From assembly GCF_009914755.1 (NCBI RefSeq), contig NC_060947.1: 64,000 nt of DNA. The stretch is one strand, 5' to 3'. Positions within the stretch are counted from its first letter, which is position 1. Each line of letters begins with the position of its first letter. The notes below the pieces were generated by a model, which had not been told where the DNA came from, ran no database searches, and was given only the letters and a program-made list of their open reading frames with translations. Shown one piece after another: positions 36,601-51,100 of the stretch. A program made the position numbers and the translations under genes. Source of the DNA: the human T2T-CHM13v2.0 reference genome, Homo sapiens.

Positions 36601-39600
36601 TTCAAAGAGGTCCACGTATCCACTTACAGATTCTACAAAAAGACAGTTTCAAAACTGCTCCATCAAAAGGAGGGTTCAACTGTGTGACTTGAATGCAATC
36701 ATCACTCAGAAGTTTCTGAGAGTGCTTCTCTTTAGTTTTTACGTGAACATATACCCGTTTCGAACGAAGGCCACCCAGTGGTCCAAATATCCACTTGCAG
36801 ATTCTACAGAAAGAGTGTTTCGAACCTGAACTCTCAAAGGCAGGTTCATCTCTGCGAGTTAAATGCATTCATCATGAAGAACTTTCTCAGAGTATTTGTG
36901 TTTAGTTATGGGAAATTATTCCCGTTTCCAAAGAAATCCTCAGAGAGCTCCAAATATCCACCTGCAGATTCTACCAAAAGTGTATTTGGAAACTGCTCCA
37001 TCAAAAGGCATGTTCAGCTCTGTCAGTGAAACTCCATCATCACAAAGAATATTCTGAGAATGCTTCCGTTTGTCTTTTATATGAAGTTCCTTCCTGTACT
37101 ACCGTAGGCCTCAAAGCAGTCCAAATCTCCATTTGCAGATTCTACAAAAAGAGTGATTCCAATCTGCTCTATCAATAGGATTGTTCAACTCCATGAGTTG
37201 AATGCCATCCTCACAAAGTAGTTTCTGAGAATGCTTCTATCTGGTTTTTGTGTGAAGATATTTCCTTTTCCACCACAGGCCTCAAAGCCCTCCAAACGTC
37301 CACTTGCAGATTCTCGAAAAAGAGTGTTTCATAGCTGCTCTTTCAAAAGGAAAGTTCAACTCTGGGAGTTGAATACAAACATCACAAAATAGTTTCCGAG
37401 AATGCTTCAGTTTAGTTTTTATGTGAAGATGATCCCGTTTCCAGTGAAATCTTCAAAGAGGTCCACATATCCCCTTGCAGATTCCAAAGAAAGAGGGTTT
37501 CAAAACTGCTCCATCAGAAGGATTGTTCAACTCTGTGAGTTGAATGCAGTCATCGCAGAAAACTTTCTGAGAATGCTTCTGTCTAGGTTTGATGTGAAGA
37601 TATAGAAGTTTCAAACGAAGGCTACAAAGTGGTCAAAATATATACTTGCAGATTCTACTACAAGGGTGTTGCAAACCTGAACTATCAAAGGAAGGTTCAA
37701 CTCTGTGAGTTGAATACAAACATCACAAAGAATGTTCTGAGTTTGCTTCCGTTCAGTTATGGGAAGTTGATCCCGTTTCCAACGAAATCCTCAGAGAGGT
37801 CCAAATATCCCCTTGCAGATTCTACAAAACGTGTGTTTGGAAACTGCTCCATCATAACGAATGTTCAGCTCCCTGAGTTAAACTCCATCGTCACAAAGAA
37901 TTTTCTGAGAGTGCTACCGTCTGGTTTTTATATGAAGTTCTTTCCTTCACTACCACAGGCCTCAAAGCGGTCCAAATCTCCACTTGCAGATTCTACAAAA
38001 AGAGTGTTTGCAAACTGCTCTATCAAAAGGAATGTTCAACTCTGGGAGTTGAATGCAATCATCACAGAGCAGTTTCTGAGAATGCTTCTATGTCGTTTTT
38101 AGGAGAAGATATTTCCTTTTCCAACACAATCCTCCAAGCCCGCTAAATAGCCACTTGCACATTGTAGAAAAAGTGTGTCAAAGCTGCGCTATCAAAGGGA
38201 AAGTTCAACTCTGTGAGGTGAATGCAAACATCCCAAAGAAGTTTCTGAGAATGCTTCCGTTTAGCTTTTAGGTGAAGATTATCCCGTTTCCAACGAAACC
38301 TTCAAAGAGGTCCAAATATCCCCTTGCGGATCCCACAGAAAGAGTGTTTCGAAACTGCTGTTTCAAAAGGAATCTTCAACTCTGTGAGTTGAATGCAATC
38401 ATCACAAAGAAGTTTCTGACAATGCTTCTCTCTCGTCTTTCTGTGAAGATAAAGGAAAAGGCTTTCAGGCCTTTTCCACCACAGGCCTGAAAGCGCTCCA
38501 AATGTCCACTTGCAGATTCTGCCAAAAGAATATTTCAAAACTGCTCTATGAAAAGCAATGTTAAACTCTGTGGCTGGAACACAAACATCACAAAGCGGTT
38601 TCTGAGAATGTTTCAGTTTAGTTTTTCTGTGGAAATATTCCCGTTTCCAAAGAAATCTTCAAAGAGGTCCACGTATCCACTTACAGATTCTACAAAAAGA
38701 CAGTTTCAAAACTGCTCCATCAAAAGGAGGGTTCAACTGTGTGACTTGAATGCAATCATCACTCAGAAGTTTCTGAGAATGCTTCTCTTTAGTTTTTACG
38801 TGAACATATACCCGTTTCGAACGAAGGCCACCCAGTGGTCCAAATATCCACTTGCAGATTATACAGAAAGAGTGTTTCGAACCTGAACTCTCAAAGGCAG
38901 GTTCATCTCTGCGAGTTAAATGCATTCATCATGAAGAACTTTCTCAGAGTGTTTGTGTTTAGTTATGGGAAATTATTCCCGTTTCCAACGAAATCCTCAG
39001 AGAGCTCCAAATATCCACCTGCAGATTCTACCAAAAGTGTATTTGGAAACTGCTCCATCAAAAGGCATGTTCAGCTCTGTGAGTGAAACTCCATCATCAC
39101 AAAGAATATTCTGAGAATGCTTCCGTTTGCCTTTTATATGAAGTTCCTTCCTGTACTACCGTAGGCCTCAAAGCAGTCCAAATCTCCATTTGCAGATTCT
39201 ACAAAAAGAGTGATTCCAATCTGCTCTATCAATAGGATTGTTCAACTCCATGAGTTGAATGCCATCCTCACAAAGTAGTTTCTGAGAATGCTTCTATCTG
39301 GTTTTTGTGTGAAGATATTTCCTTTTCCACCACAGGCCTCAAAGCCCTCCAAACGTCCACTTGCAGATTCTCGAAAAAGAGTGTTTCATAGCTGCTCTTT
39401 CAAAAGGAAAGTTCAACTCTGGGAGTTGAATGCAAACATCACAAAATAGTTTCCGAGAATGCTTCTGTTTAGTTTTTATGTGAAGATGATCCCGTTTCCA
39501 GTGAAATCTTCAAAGAGGTCCACATATCCCCTTGCAGATTCCAAAGAAAGAGGGTTTCAAAACTGCTCCATCAGAAGGATTGTTCAACTCTGTGAGTTGA

Positions 39601-42600
39601 ATGCAGTCATCGCAGAAAACTTTCTGAGAATGCTTCTGTCTAGGTTTGATGTGAAGATATAGACGTTTCAAACGAAGGCTACAAAGTGGTCAAAATATAC
39701 ACTTGCAGATTCTACTACAAGGGTGTTGCAAACCTGAACTATCAAAGGAAGGTTCAACTATGTGAGTTGAATACAAACATCACAAAGAATGTTCTGAGTT
39801 TGCTTCCGTTCAGTTATGGGAAGTTGATCCCGTTTCCAACGAAATCCTCAGAGAGGTCCAAATATCCCCTCGCAGATTCTACAAAACGTGTGTTTGGAAA
39901 CTGCTCCATCATAACGAATGTTCAGCTCCCTGAGTTAAACTCCATCGTCACAAAGAATTTTCTGAGAGTGCTACCGTCTGGTTTTTATATGAAGTTCTTT
40001 CCTTCACTACCACAGGCCTCAAAGCGGTCCAAATCTCCACTTGCAGATTCTACAAAAAGAGTGTTTGCAAACTGCTCTATCCAAAGGAATGTTCAACTCT
40101 GGGAGTTGAATGCAATCATCACAGAGCAGTTTCTGAGAATGCTTCTATGTCGTTTTTAGGAGAAGATATTTCCTTTTCCAACACAGTCCTCCAAGCCCGC
40201 TAAATAGCCACTTGCACATTGTAGAAAAAGTGTGTCAAAGCTGCGCTATCAAAGGGAAAGTTCAACTCTGTGAGGTGAATGCAAACATCCCAAAGAAGTT
40301 TCTGAGAATGCTTCCGTTTAGCTTTTAGGTGAAGATTATCCCGTTTCCAACGAAACCTTCAAAGAGGTCCAAATATCCCCTTGCGGATCCCACAGAAAGA
40401 GTGTTTCGAAACTGCTGTTTCAAAAGGAATCTTCAACTCTGTGAGTTGAATGCAATCATCACAAAGAAGTTTCTGACAATGCTTCTCTCTCGTCTTTCTG
40501 TGAAGATAAAGGAAAAGGCTTTCAGGCCTTTGCCACCACAGGCCTGAAAGCGCTCCAAATGTCCACTTGCAGATTCTGCCAAAAGAATATTTCAAAACTG
40601 CTCTATGAAAAGCAATGTTAAACTCTGCGGCTCGAACACAAACATCACAAAGCGGTTTCTGAGAATGCTTCAGTTTAGTTTTTCTGTGGAAATATTCCCG
40701 TTTCCAAAGAAATCTTCAAAGAGGTCCACGTATCCACTTACAGATTCTACAAAAAGACAGTTTCAAAACTGCTCCATCAAAAGGAGGGTTCAACTGTGTG
40801 ACTTCAATGCAATCATCACTCAGAAGTTTCTGAGAATGCTTCTCTTTAGTTTTTACGTGAACATATACCCGTTTCGAACGAAGGCCACCCAGTGGTCCAA
40901 ATATCCACTTGCAGATTATACAGAAAGAGTGTTTTGAACCTGAACTCTCAAAGGCAGGTTCATCTCTGCGAGTTAAATGCATTCATCATGAAGAACTTTC
41001 TCAGCGTGTTTGTGTTTAGTTATGGGAAATTATTCCCGTTTCCAACGAAATCCTCAAAGAGCTCCAAATATCCACCTGCAGATTCTACCAAAAGTGTATT
41101 TGGAAACTGCTCCATCAAAAGGCATGTTCAGCTCTGTGAGTGAAACTCCATCATCACAAAGAATATTCTGAGAATGCTTCCGTTTGCCTTTTATATGAAG
41201 TTCCTTCCTATACGACCGTAGGCCTCAAAGCAGTCCAAATCTCCATTTGCAGATTCTACAAAAAGAGTGATTCCAATCTGCTCTATCAATAGGATTGTTC
41301 AACTCCATGAGTTGAATGCCATCCTCACAAAGTAGTTTCTGAGAATGCTTCTATCTAGTTTTTATGTGAAGATATTTCCTTTTCCACCACAGGCCTCAAA
41401 GCCCTCCAAACGTCCACTTGCAGATTCTCGAAAAAGAGTGTTTCATAGCTGCTCTTTCAAAAGGAAAGTTCACCTCTGGCAGTTGAATACAAACATCACA
41501 AAGTAGTTTCCTTGAATGCTTCTGTTTAGTTTTTATGTGAAGATGATCCCGTTTCCAGTGAAATCTTCAAAGAGGTCCACATATCCCCTTGCAGATTCCA
41601 AAGAAAGAGGGTTTCAAAACTGCTCCATCAGAAGGATTGTTCAACTCTGTGAGTTGAATGCAGTCATCGCAGAAAACTTTCTGAGAATGCTTCTGTCTAG
41701 GTTTGATGTGAAGATATAGACGTTTCAAACGAAGGCTACAAAGTGGTCAAAATATACACTTGCAGATTCTACTACAAGGGTGTTGCAAACCTGAACTATC
41801 AAAGGAAGGTTCAACTCTGTGAGTTGAATACAAACATCACAAAGAATGTTCTGAGTTTGCTTCCGTTCAGTTATGGGAAGTTGATCCCGTTTCCAACGAA
41901 ATCCTCAGAGAGGTCCAAATATCCCCTTGCAGATTCTACAAAACGTGTGTTTGGAAACTGCTCCATCATAACGAATGTTCAGCTCCCTGAGTTAAACTCC
42001 ATCGTCACAAAGAATTTTCTGAGAGTGCTACCGTCTGGTTTTTATATGAAGTTCTTTCCTTCACTACCACAGGCCTCAAAGCGGTCCAAATCTCCACTTG
42101 CAGATTCTACAAAAAGAGTGTTTGCAAACTGCTCTATCAAAAGGAATGTTCAACTCTGGGAGTTGAATGCAATCATCACAGAGCAGTTTCTGAGAATGCT
42201 TCTATGTCGTTTTTAGGAGAAGATATTTCCTTTTCCAACACAATCCTCCAAGCCCGCTAAATAGCCACTTGCACATTGTAGAAAAAGTGTGTCAAAGCTG
42301 CGCTATCAAAGGGAAAGTTCAACTCTGTGAGGTGAATGCAAACATCCCAAAGAAGTTTCTGAGAATGCTTCCGTTTAGCTTTTAGGTGAAGATTATCCCG
42401 TTTCCAACGAAACCTTCAAAGAGGTCCAAATATCCCCTTGCGGATCCCACAGAAAGAGTGTTTCGAAACTGCTGTTTCAAAAGGAATCTTCAACTCTGTG
42501 AGTTGAATGCAATCATCACAAAGAAGTTTCTGACAATGCTTCTCTCTCGTCTTTCTGTGAAGATAAAGGAAAAGGCTTTCAGGCCTTTTCCACCACAGGC

Positions 42601-45193
42601 CTGAAAGCGCTCCAAATGTCCACTTGCAGATTCTGCCAAAAGAATATTTCAAAACTGCTCTATGAAAAGCAATGTTAAACTCTGTGGCTGGAACACAAAC
42701 ATCACAAAGCGGTTTCTGAGAATGTTTCAGTTTAGTTTTTCTGTGGAAATATTCCCGTTTCCAAAGAAATCTTCAAAGAGGTCCACGTATCCACTTACAG
42801 ATTCTACAAAAAGACAGTTTCAAAACTGCTCCATCAAAAGGAGGGTTCAACTGTGTGACTTGAATGCAATCATCACTCAGAAGTTTCTGAGAATGCTTCT
42901 CTTTAGTTTTTACGTGAACATATACCCGTTTCGAACGAAGGCCACCCAGTGGTCCAAATATCCACTTGCAGATTATACAGAAAGAGTGTTTCGAACCTGA
43001 ACTCTCAAAGGCAGGTTCATCTCTGCGAGTTAAATGCATTCATCATGAAGAACTTTCTCAGAGTGTTTGTGTTTAGTTATGGGAAATTATTCCCGTTTCC
43101 AACGAAATCCTCAGAGAGCTCCAAATATCCACCTGCAGATTCTACCAAAAGTGTATTTGGAAACTGCTCCATCAAAAGGCATGTTCAGCTCTGTCAGTGA
43201 AACTCCATCATCACAAAGAATATTCTGAGAATGCTTCCGTTTGCCTTTTATATGAAGTTCCTTCCTGTACTACCGTAGGCCTCAAAGCAGTCCAAATCTC
43301 CATTTGCAGATTCTACAAAAAGAGTGATTCCAATCTGCTCTATCAATAGGATTGTTCAACTCCATGAGTTGAATGCCATCCTCACAAAGTCGTTTCTGAG
43401 AATGCTTCTATCTAGTTTTTATGTGAAGATATTTCCTTTTCCACCACAGGCCTCAAAGCCCTCCAAACGTCCACTTGCAGATTCTCGAAAAAGAGTGTTT
43501 TATAGCTGCTCTTTCAAAAGCAAAGTTCAACTCTGGGAGTTGAATACAAACATCACAAAGTAGTTTCCGAGAATGCTTCTGTTTAGTTTTTATGTGAAGA
43601 TGATCCCGTTTCCAGTGAAATCTTCAAAGAGGTCCACATATCCCCTTGCAGATTCCAAAGAAAGAGGGTTTCAAAACTGCTCCATCAGAAGGATTGTTCA
43701 ACTCTGTGAGTTGAATGCAGTCATCGCAGAAAACTTTCTGAGAATGCTTCTGTCTAGTTTTGATGTGAAGATATAGATGTTTCAAACGAAGGCTACAAAG
43801 TGGTCAAAATATACACTTGCAGATTCTACTACAAGGGTGTTGCAAACCTGAACTATCAAAGGAAGGTTCAACTCTGTGAGTTGAATACAAACATCACAAA
43901 GAATGTTCTGAGTTTGCTTCCGTTCAGTTATGGGAAGTTGATCCCGTTTCCAACGAAATCCTCAGAGAGGTCCAAATATCCCCTTGCAGATTCTACAAAA
44001 CGTGTGTTTGGAAACTGCTCCATCATAACGAATGTTCAGCTCCCTGAGTTAAACTCCATCGTCACAAAGAATTTTCTGAGAGTGCTACCGTCTGGTTTTT
44101 ATATGAAGTTCTTTCCTTCACTACCACAGGCCTCAAAGCGGTCCAAATCTCCACTTGCAGATTCTACAAAAAGAGTGTTTGCAAACTGCTCTATCAAAAG
44201 GAATGTTCAACTCTGGGAGTTGAATGCAATCATCACAGAGCAGTTTCTGAGAATGCTTCTATGTCGTTTTTAGGAGAAGATATTTCCTTTTCCAACACAG
44301 TCCTCCAAGCCCGCTAAATAGCCACTTGCACATTGTAGAAAAAGTGTGTCAAAGCTGCGCTATCAAAGGGAAAGTTTAACTCTGTGAGGTGAATGCAAAC
44401 ATCCCAAAGAAGTTTCTGAGAATGCTTCCGTTTAGCTTTTAGGTGAAGATTATCCCGTTTCCAACGAAACCTTCAAAGAGGTCCAAATATCCCCTTGCGG
44501 ATCCCACAGAAAGAGTGTTTCAAAACTGCTGTTTCAAAAGGAATCTTCAACTCTGTGAGTTGAATGCAATCATCACAAAGAAGTTTCTGACAATGCTTCT
44601 CTCTCGTCTTTCTGTGAAGATAAAGGAAAAGGCTTTCAGGCCTTTTCCACCACAGGCCTGAAAGCGCTCCAAATGTCCACTTGCAGATTCTGCGAAAAGA
44701 ATATTTCAAAACTGCTCTATGAAAAGCAATGTTAAACTCTGTGGCTGGAACACAAACATCACAAAGCGGTTTCTGAGAATGTTTCAGTTTAGTTTTTCTG
44801 TGGAAATATTCCCGTTTCCAAAGAAATCTTCAAAGAGGTCCACGTATCCACTTACAGATTCTACAAAAAGACAGTTTCAAAACTGCTCCATCAAAAGGAG
44901 GGTTCAACTGTGTGACTTGAATGCAATCGTCACTCAGAAGTTTCTGAGAATGCTTCTCTTTAGTTTTTACGTGAACATATACCCGTTTCGAACGAAGGCC
45001 ACCCAGTGGTCCAAATATCCACTTGCAGATTATACAGAAAGAGTGTTTCGAACCTGAACTCTCAAAGGCAGGTTCATCTCTGCGAGTTAAATGCATTCAT
45101 CATGAAGAACTTTCTCAGAGTGTTTGTGCTTAGTTATGGGAAATTATTCCCGTTTCCAACGAAATCCTCAGAGTGGTCCAAATATCCACCTGC

Positions 45194-48100
45194 AGATTCT
45201 ACCAAAAGTGTATTTGGAAACTGCTCCATCAAAAGGCATGTTCAGCTCTGTGAGTGAAACTCCATCATCACAAAGAATATTCTGAGAATGCTTCCGTTTG
45301 CCTTTTATCTGAAGTTCCTTCCTATACGACCGTAGGCCTCAAAGCAGTCCAAATCTCCATTTGCAGATTCTACAAAAAGAGTGATTCCAATCTGCTCTAT
45401 CAATAGGATTGTTCAACTCCATGAGTTGAATGCCATCCTCACAAAGTCGTTTCTGAGAATGCTTCTATCTAGTTTTTATGTGAAGGTATTTCCTTTTCCA
45501 CCACAGGCCTCCAAGCCCTCCAAACGTCCACTTGCAGATTCTCGAAAAAGAGTGTTTCATAGCTGCTCTTTCAAAAGGAAAGTTCAACTCTGGGAGTTGA
45601 ATACAAACATCACAAAGTAGTTTCCGAGAATGCTTCTGTTTAGTTTTTATGTGAAGATGATCCCGTTTCCAGTGAAATCTTCAAAGAGGTCCACATATCC
45701 CCTTGCAGATTCCAAAGAAAGAGGGTTTCAAAACTGCTCCATCAGAAGGATTGTTCAACTCTGTGAGTTGAATGCAGTCATCGCAGAAAACTTTCTGAGA
45801 ATGCTTCTGTCTAGGTTTGATGTGAAGATATAGACGTTTCAAATGAAGGCTACAAAGTGGTCAAAATATACACTTGCAGATTCTACTACAAGGGTGTTGC
45901 AAACCTGAACTATCAAAGGAAGGTTCAACTCTGTGAGTTGAATACAAACATCACAAAGAATGTTCTGAGTTTGCTTCCGTTCAGTTATGGGAAGTTGATC
46001 CCGTTTCCAACGAAATCCTCAGAGAGGTCCAAATATCCCCTCGCAGATTCTACAAAACGTGTGTTTGGAAACTGCTCCATCATAACGAATGTTCAGCTCC
46101 CTGAGTTAAACTCCATCGTCACAAAGAATTTTCTGAGAGTGCTACCGTCTGGTTTTTATATGAAGTTCTTTCCTTCACTACCACAGGCCTCAAAGCGGTC
46201 CAAATCTCCACTTGCAGATTCTACAAAAAGAGTGTTTGCAAACTGCTCTATCAAAAGGAATGTTCAACTCTGGGAGTTGAATGCAATCATCACAGAGCAG
46301 TTTCTGAGAATGCTTCTATGTCGTTTTTAGGAGAAGATATTTCCTTTTCCAACACAGTCCTCCAAGCCCGCTAAATAGCCACTTGCACATTGTAGAAAAA
46401 GTGTGTCAAAGCTGCGCTATCAAAGGGAAAGTTCAACTCTGTGAGGTGAATGCAAACATCCCAAAGAAGTTTCTGAGAATGCTTCCGTTTAGCTTTTAGG
46501 TGAAGATTATCCCGTTTCCAACGAAACCTTCAAAGAGGTCCAAATATCCCCTTGCGGATCCCACAGAAAGAGTGTTTCGAAACTGCTGTTTCAAAAGGAA
46601 TCTTCAACTCTGTGAGTTGAATGCAATCATCACAAAGAAGTTTCTGACAATGCTTCTCTCTCGTCTTTCTGTGAAGATAAAGGAAAAGGCTTTCAGGCCT
46701 TTTCCACCACAGGCCTGAAAGCGCTCCAAATGTCCACTTGCAGATTCTGCGAAAAGAATATTTCAAAACTGCTCTATGAAAAGCAATGTTAAACTCTGTG
46801 GCTCGAACACAAACATCACAAAGCGGTTTCTGAGAATGCTTCAGTTTAGTTTTTCTGTGGAAATATTCCCGTTTCCAAAGAAATCTTCAAAGAGGTCCAC
46901 GTATCCACTTACAGATTCTACAAAAAGACAGTTTCAAAACTGCTCCATCAAAAGGAGGGTTCAACTGTGTGACTTGAATGCAATCATCACTCAGAAGTTT
47001 CTGAGAATGCTTCTCTTTAGTTTTTACGTGAACATATACCCGTTTCGAACGAAGGCCACCCAGTGGTCCAAATATCCACTTGCAGATTCTACAGAAAGAG
47101 TGTTTCGAACCTGAACTCTCAAAGGCAGGTTCATCTCTGCGAGTTAAATGCATTCATCATGAAGAACTTTCTCAGAGTGTTTGTGTTTAGTTATGGGAAA
47201 TTATTCCCGTTTCCAACGAAATCCTCAGAGAGCTCCAAATATCCACCTGCAGATTCTACCAAAAGTGTATTTGGAAACTGCTCCATCAAAAGGCATGTTC
47301 AGCTCTGTGAGTGAAACTCCATCATCACAAAGAATATTCTGAGAATGCTTCCGTTTGCCTTTTATATGAAGTTCCTTCCTGTACTACCGTAGGCCTCAAA
47401 GCAGTCCAAATCTCCATTTGCAGATTCTACAAAAAGAGTGATTCCAATCTGCTCTATCAATAGGATTGTTCAACTCCATGAGTTGAATGCCATCCTCACA
47501 AAGCAGTTTCTGAGAATGCTTCTATCTGGTTTTTGTGTGAAGATATTTCCTTTTCCACCACAGGCCTCAAAGCCCTCCAAACGTCCACTTGCAGATTCTC
47601 GAAAAAGAGTGTTTCATAGCTGCTCTTTCAAAAGGAAAGTTCAACTCTGGGAGTTGAATACAAACATCACAAAGTAGTTTCCGAGAATGCTTCTGTTTAG
47701 TTTTTATGTGAAGATGATCCCGTTTCCAGTGAAATCTTCAAAGAGGTCCACATATCCCCTTGCAGATTCCAAAGAAAGAGGGTTTCAAAACTGCTCCATC
47801 AGAAGGATTGTTCAACTCTGTGAGTTGAATGCAGTCATCGCAGAAAACTTTCTGAGAATGCTTCTGTCTAGGTTTGATGTGAAGATATAGACGTTTCAAA
47901 CGAAGGCTACAAAGTGGTCAAAATATACACTTGCAGATTCTACTACAAGGGTGTTGCAAACCTGAACTATCAAAGGAAGGTTCAACTCTGTGAGTTGAAT
48001 ACAAACATCACAAAGAATGTTCTGAGTTTGCTTCCGTTCAGTTATGGGAAGTTGATCCCGTTTCCAACGAAATCCTCAGAGAGGTCCAAATATCCCCTCA

Positions 48101-51100
48101 CAGATTCTACAAAACGTGTGTTTGGAAACTGCTCCATCATAACGAATGTTCAGCTCCCTGAGTTAAACTCCATCGTCACAAAGAATTTTCTGAGAGTGCT
48201 ACCGTCTGGTTTTTATATGAAGTTCTTTCCTTCACTACCACAGGCCTCAAAGCGGTCCAAATCTCCACTTGCAGATTCTACAAAAAGAGTGTTTGCAAAC
48301 TGCTCTATCAAAAGGAATGTTCAACTCTGGGAGTTGAATGCAATCATCACAGAGCAGTTTCTGAGAATGCTTCTATGTCGTTTTTAGGAGAAGATATTTC
48401 CTTTTCCAACACAGTCCTCCAAGCCCGCTAAATAGCCACTTGCACATTGCAGAAAAAGTGTATCAAAGCTGCGCTATCAAAGGGAAAGTTCAACTCTGTG
48501 AGGTGAATGCAAACATCCCAAAGAAGTTTCTGAGAATGCTTCCGTTTAGCTTTTAGGTGAAGATTATCCCGTTTCCAACGAAACCTTCAAAGAGGTCCAA
48601 ATATCCCCTTGCGGATCCCACAGAAAGAGTGTTTCGAAACTGCTGTTTCAAAAGGAATCTTCAACTCTGTGAGTTGAATGCAATCATCACAAAGAAGTTT
48701 CTGACAATGCTTCTCTCTCGTCTTTCTGTGAAGATAAAAGGAAAGGCTTTCAGGCCTTTTCCACCACAGGCCTGAAAGCGCTCCAAATGTCCACTTGCAG
48801 ATTCTGCGAAAAGAATATTTCAAAACTGCTCTATGAAAAGCAATGTTAAACTCTGTGGCTGGAACACAAACATCACAAAGCGGTTTCTGAGAATGTTTCA
48901 GTTTAGTTTTTCTGTGGAAATATTCCCGTTTCCAAAGAAATCTTCAAAGAGGTCCACGTATCCACTTACAGATTCTACAAAAAGACAGTTTCAAAACTGC
49001 TCCATCAAAAGGAGGGTTCAACTGTGTGACTTGAATGCAATCATCACTCAGAAGTTTCTGAGAATGCTTCTCTTTAGTTTTTACGTGAACATATACCCGT
49101 TTCGAACGAAGGCCACCCAGTGGTCCAAATATCCACTTGCAGATTCTACAGAAAGAGTGTTTCGAACCTGAACTCTCAAAGGCAGGTTCATCTCTGCAAG
49201 TTAAATGCATTCATCATGAAGAACTTTCTCAGAGTGTTTGTGTTTAGTTATGGGAAATTATTCCCGTTTCCAACGAAATCCTCAGAGAGCTCCAAATATC
49301 CACCTGCTGATTCTACCAAAAGTGTATTTGGAAACTGCTCCATCAAAAGGCATGTTCAGCTCTGTGAGTGAAACTCCATCATCACAAAGAATATTCTGAG
49401 AATGCTTCCGTTTGCCTTTTATCTGAAGTTCCTTCCTATACGACCGTAGGCCTCAAAGCAGTCCAAATCTCCATTTGCAGATTCTACAAAAAGAGTGATT
49501 CCAATCTGCTCTATCAATAGGATTGTTCAACTCCATGAGTTGAATGCCATCCTCACAAAGTCGTTTCTGAGAATGCTTCTATCTAGTTTTTATGTGAAGG
49601 TATTTCCTTTTCCACCACAGGCCTCCAAGCCCTCCAAACGTCCACTTGCAGATTCTCGAAAAAGAGTGTTTCATAGCTGCTCTTTCAAAAGGAAAGTTCA
49701 ACTCTGGGAGTTGAATACAAACATCACAAAGTAGTTTCCGAGAATGCTTCTGTTTAGTTTTTATGTGAAGATGATCCCGTTTCCAGTGAAATCTTCAAAG
49801 AGGTCCACATATCCCCTTGCAGATTCCAAAGAAAGAGGGTTTCAAAACTGCTCCATCAGAAGGATTGTTCAACTCTGTGAGTTGAATGCAGTCATCGCAG
49901 AAAACTTTCTGAGAATGCTTCTGTCTAGGTTTGATGTGAAGATATAGACGTTTCAAATGAAGGCTACAAAGTGGTCAAAATATACACTTGCAGATTCTAC
50001 TACAAGGGTGTTGCAAACCTGAACTATCAAAGGAAGGTTCAACTCTGTGAGTTGAATACAAACATCACAAAGAATGTTCTGAGTTTGCTTCCGTTCAGTT
50101 ATGGGAAGTTGATCCCGTTTCCAACGAAATCCTCAGAGAGGTCCAAATATCCCCTCGCAGATTCTACAAAACGTGTGTTTGGAAACTGCTCCATCATAAC
50201 GAATGTTCAGCTCCCTGAGTTAAACTCCATCGTCACAAAGAATTTTCTGAGAGTGCTACCGTCTGGTTTTTATATGAAGTTCTTTCCTTCACTACCACAG
50301 GCCTCAAAGCGGTCCAAATCTCCACTTGCAGATTCTACAAAAAGAGTGTTTGCAAACTGCTCTATCCAAAGGAATGTTCAACTCTGGGAGTTGAATGCAA
50401 TCATCACAGAGCAGTTTCTGAGAATGCTTCTATGTCGTTTTTAGGAGAAGATATTTCCTTTTCCAACACAGTCCTCCAAGCCCGCTAAATAGCCACTTGC
50501 ACATTGTAGAAAAAGTGTGTCAAAGCTGCGCTATCAAAGGGAAAGTTCAACTCTGTGAGGTGAATGCAAACATCCCAAAGAAGTTTCTGAGAATGCTTCC
50601 GTTTAGCTTTTAGGTGAAGATTATCCCGTTTCCAACGAAACCTTCAAAGAGGTCCAAATATCCCCTTGCGGATCCCACAGAAAGAGTGTTTCGAAACTGC
50701 TGTTTCAAAAGGAATCTTCAACTCTGTGAGTTGAATGCAATCATCACAAAGAAGTTTCTGACAATGCTTCTCTCTCGTCTTTCTGTGAAGATAAAGGAAA
50801 AGGCTTTCAGGCCTTTTCCACCACAGGCCTGAAAGCGCTCCAAATGTCCACTTGCAGATTCTGCGAAAAGAATATTTCAAAACTGCTCTATGAAAAGCAA
50901 TGTTAAACTCTGTGGCTCGAACACAAACATCACAAAGCGGTTTCTGAGAATGCTTCAGTTTAGTTTTTCTGTGGAAATATTCCCGTTTCCAAAGAAATCT
51001 TCAAAGAGGTCCACGTATCCACTTACAGATTCTACAAAAAGACAGTTTCAAAACTGCTCCATCAAAAGGAGGGTTCAACTGTGTGACTTGAATGCAATCA

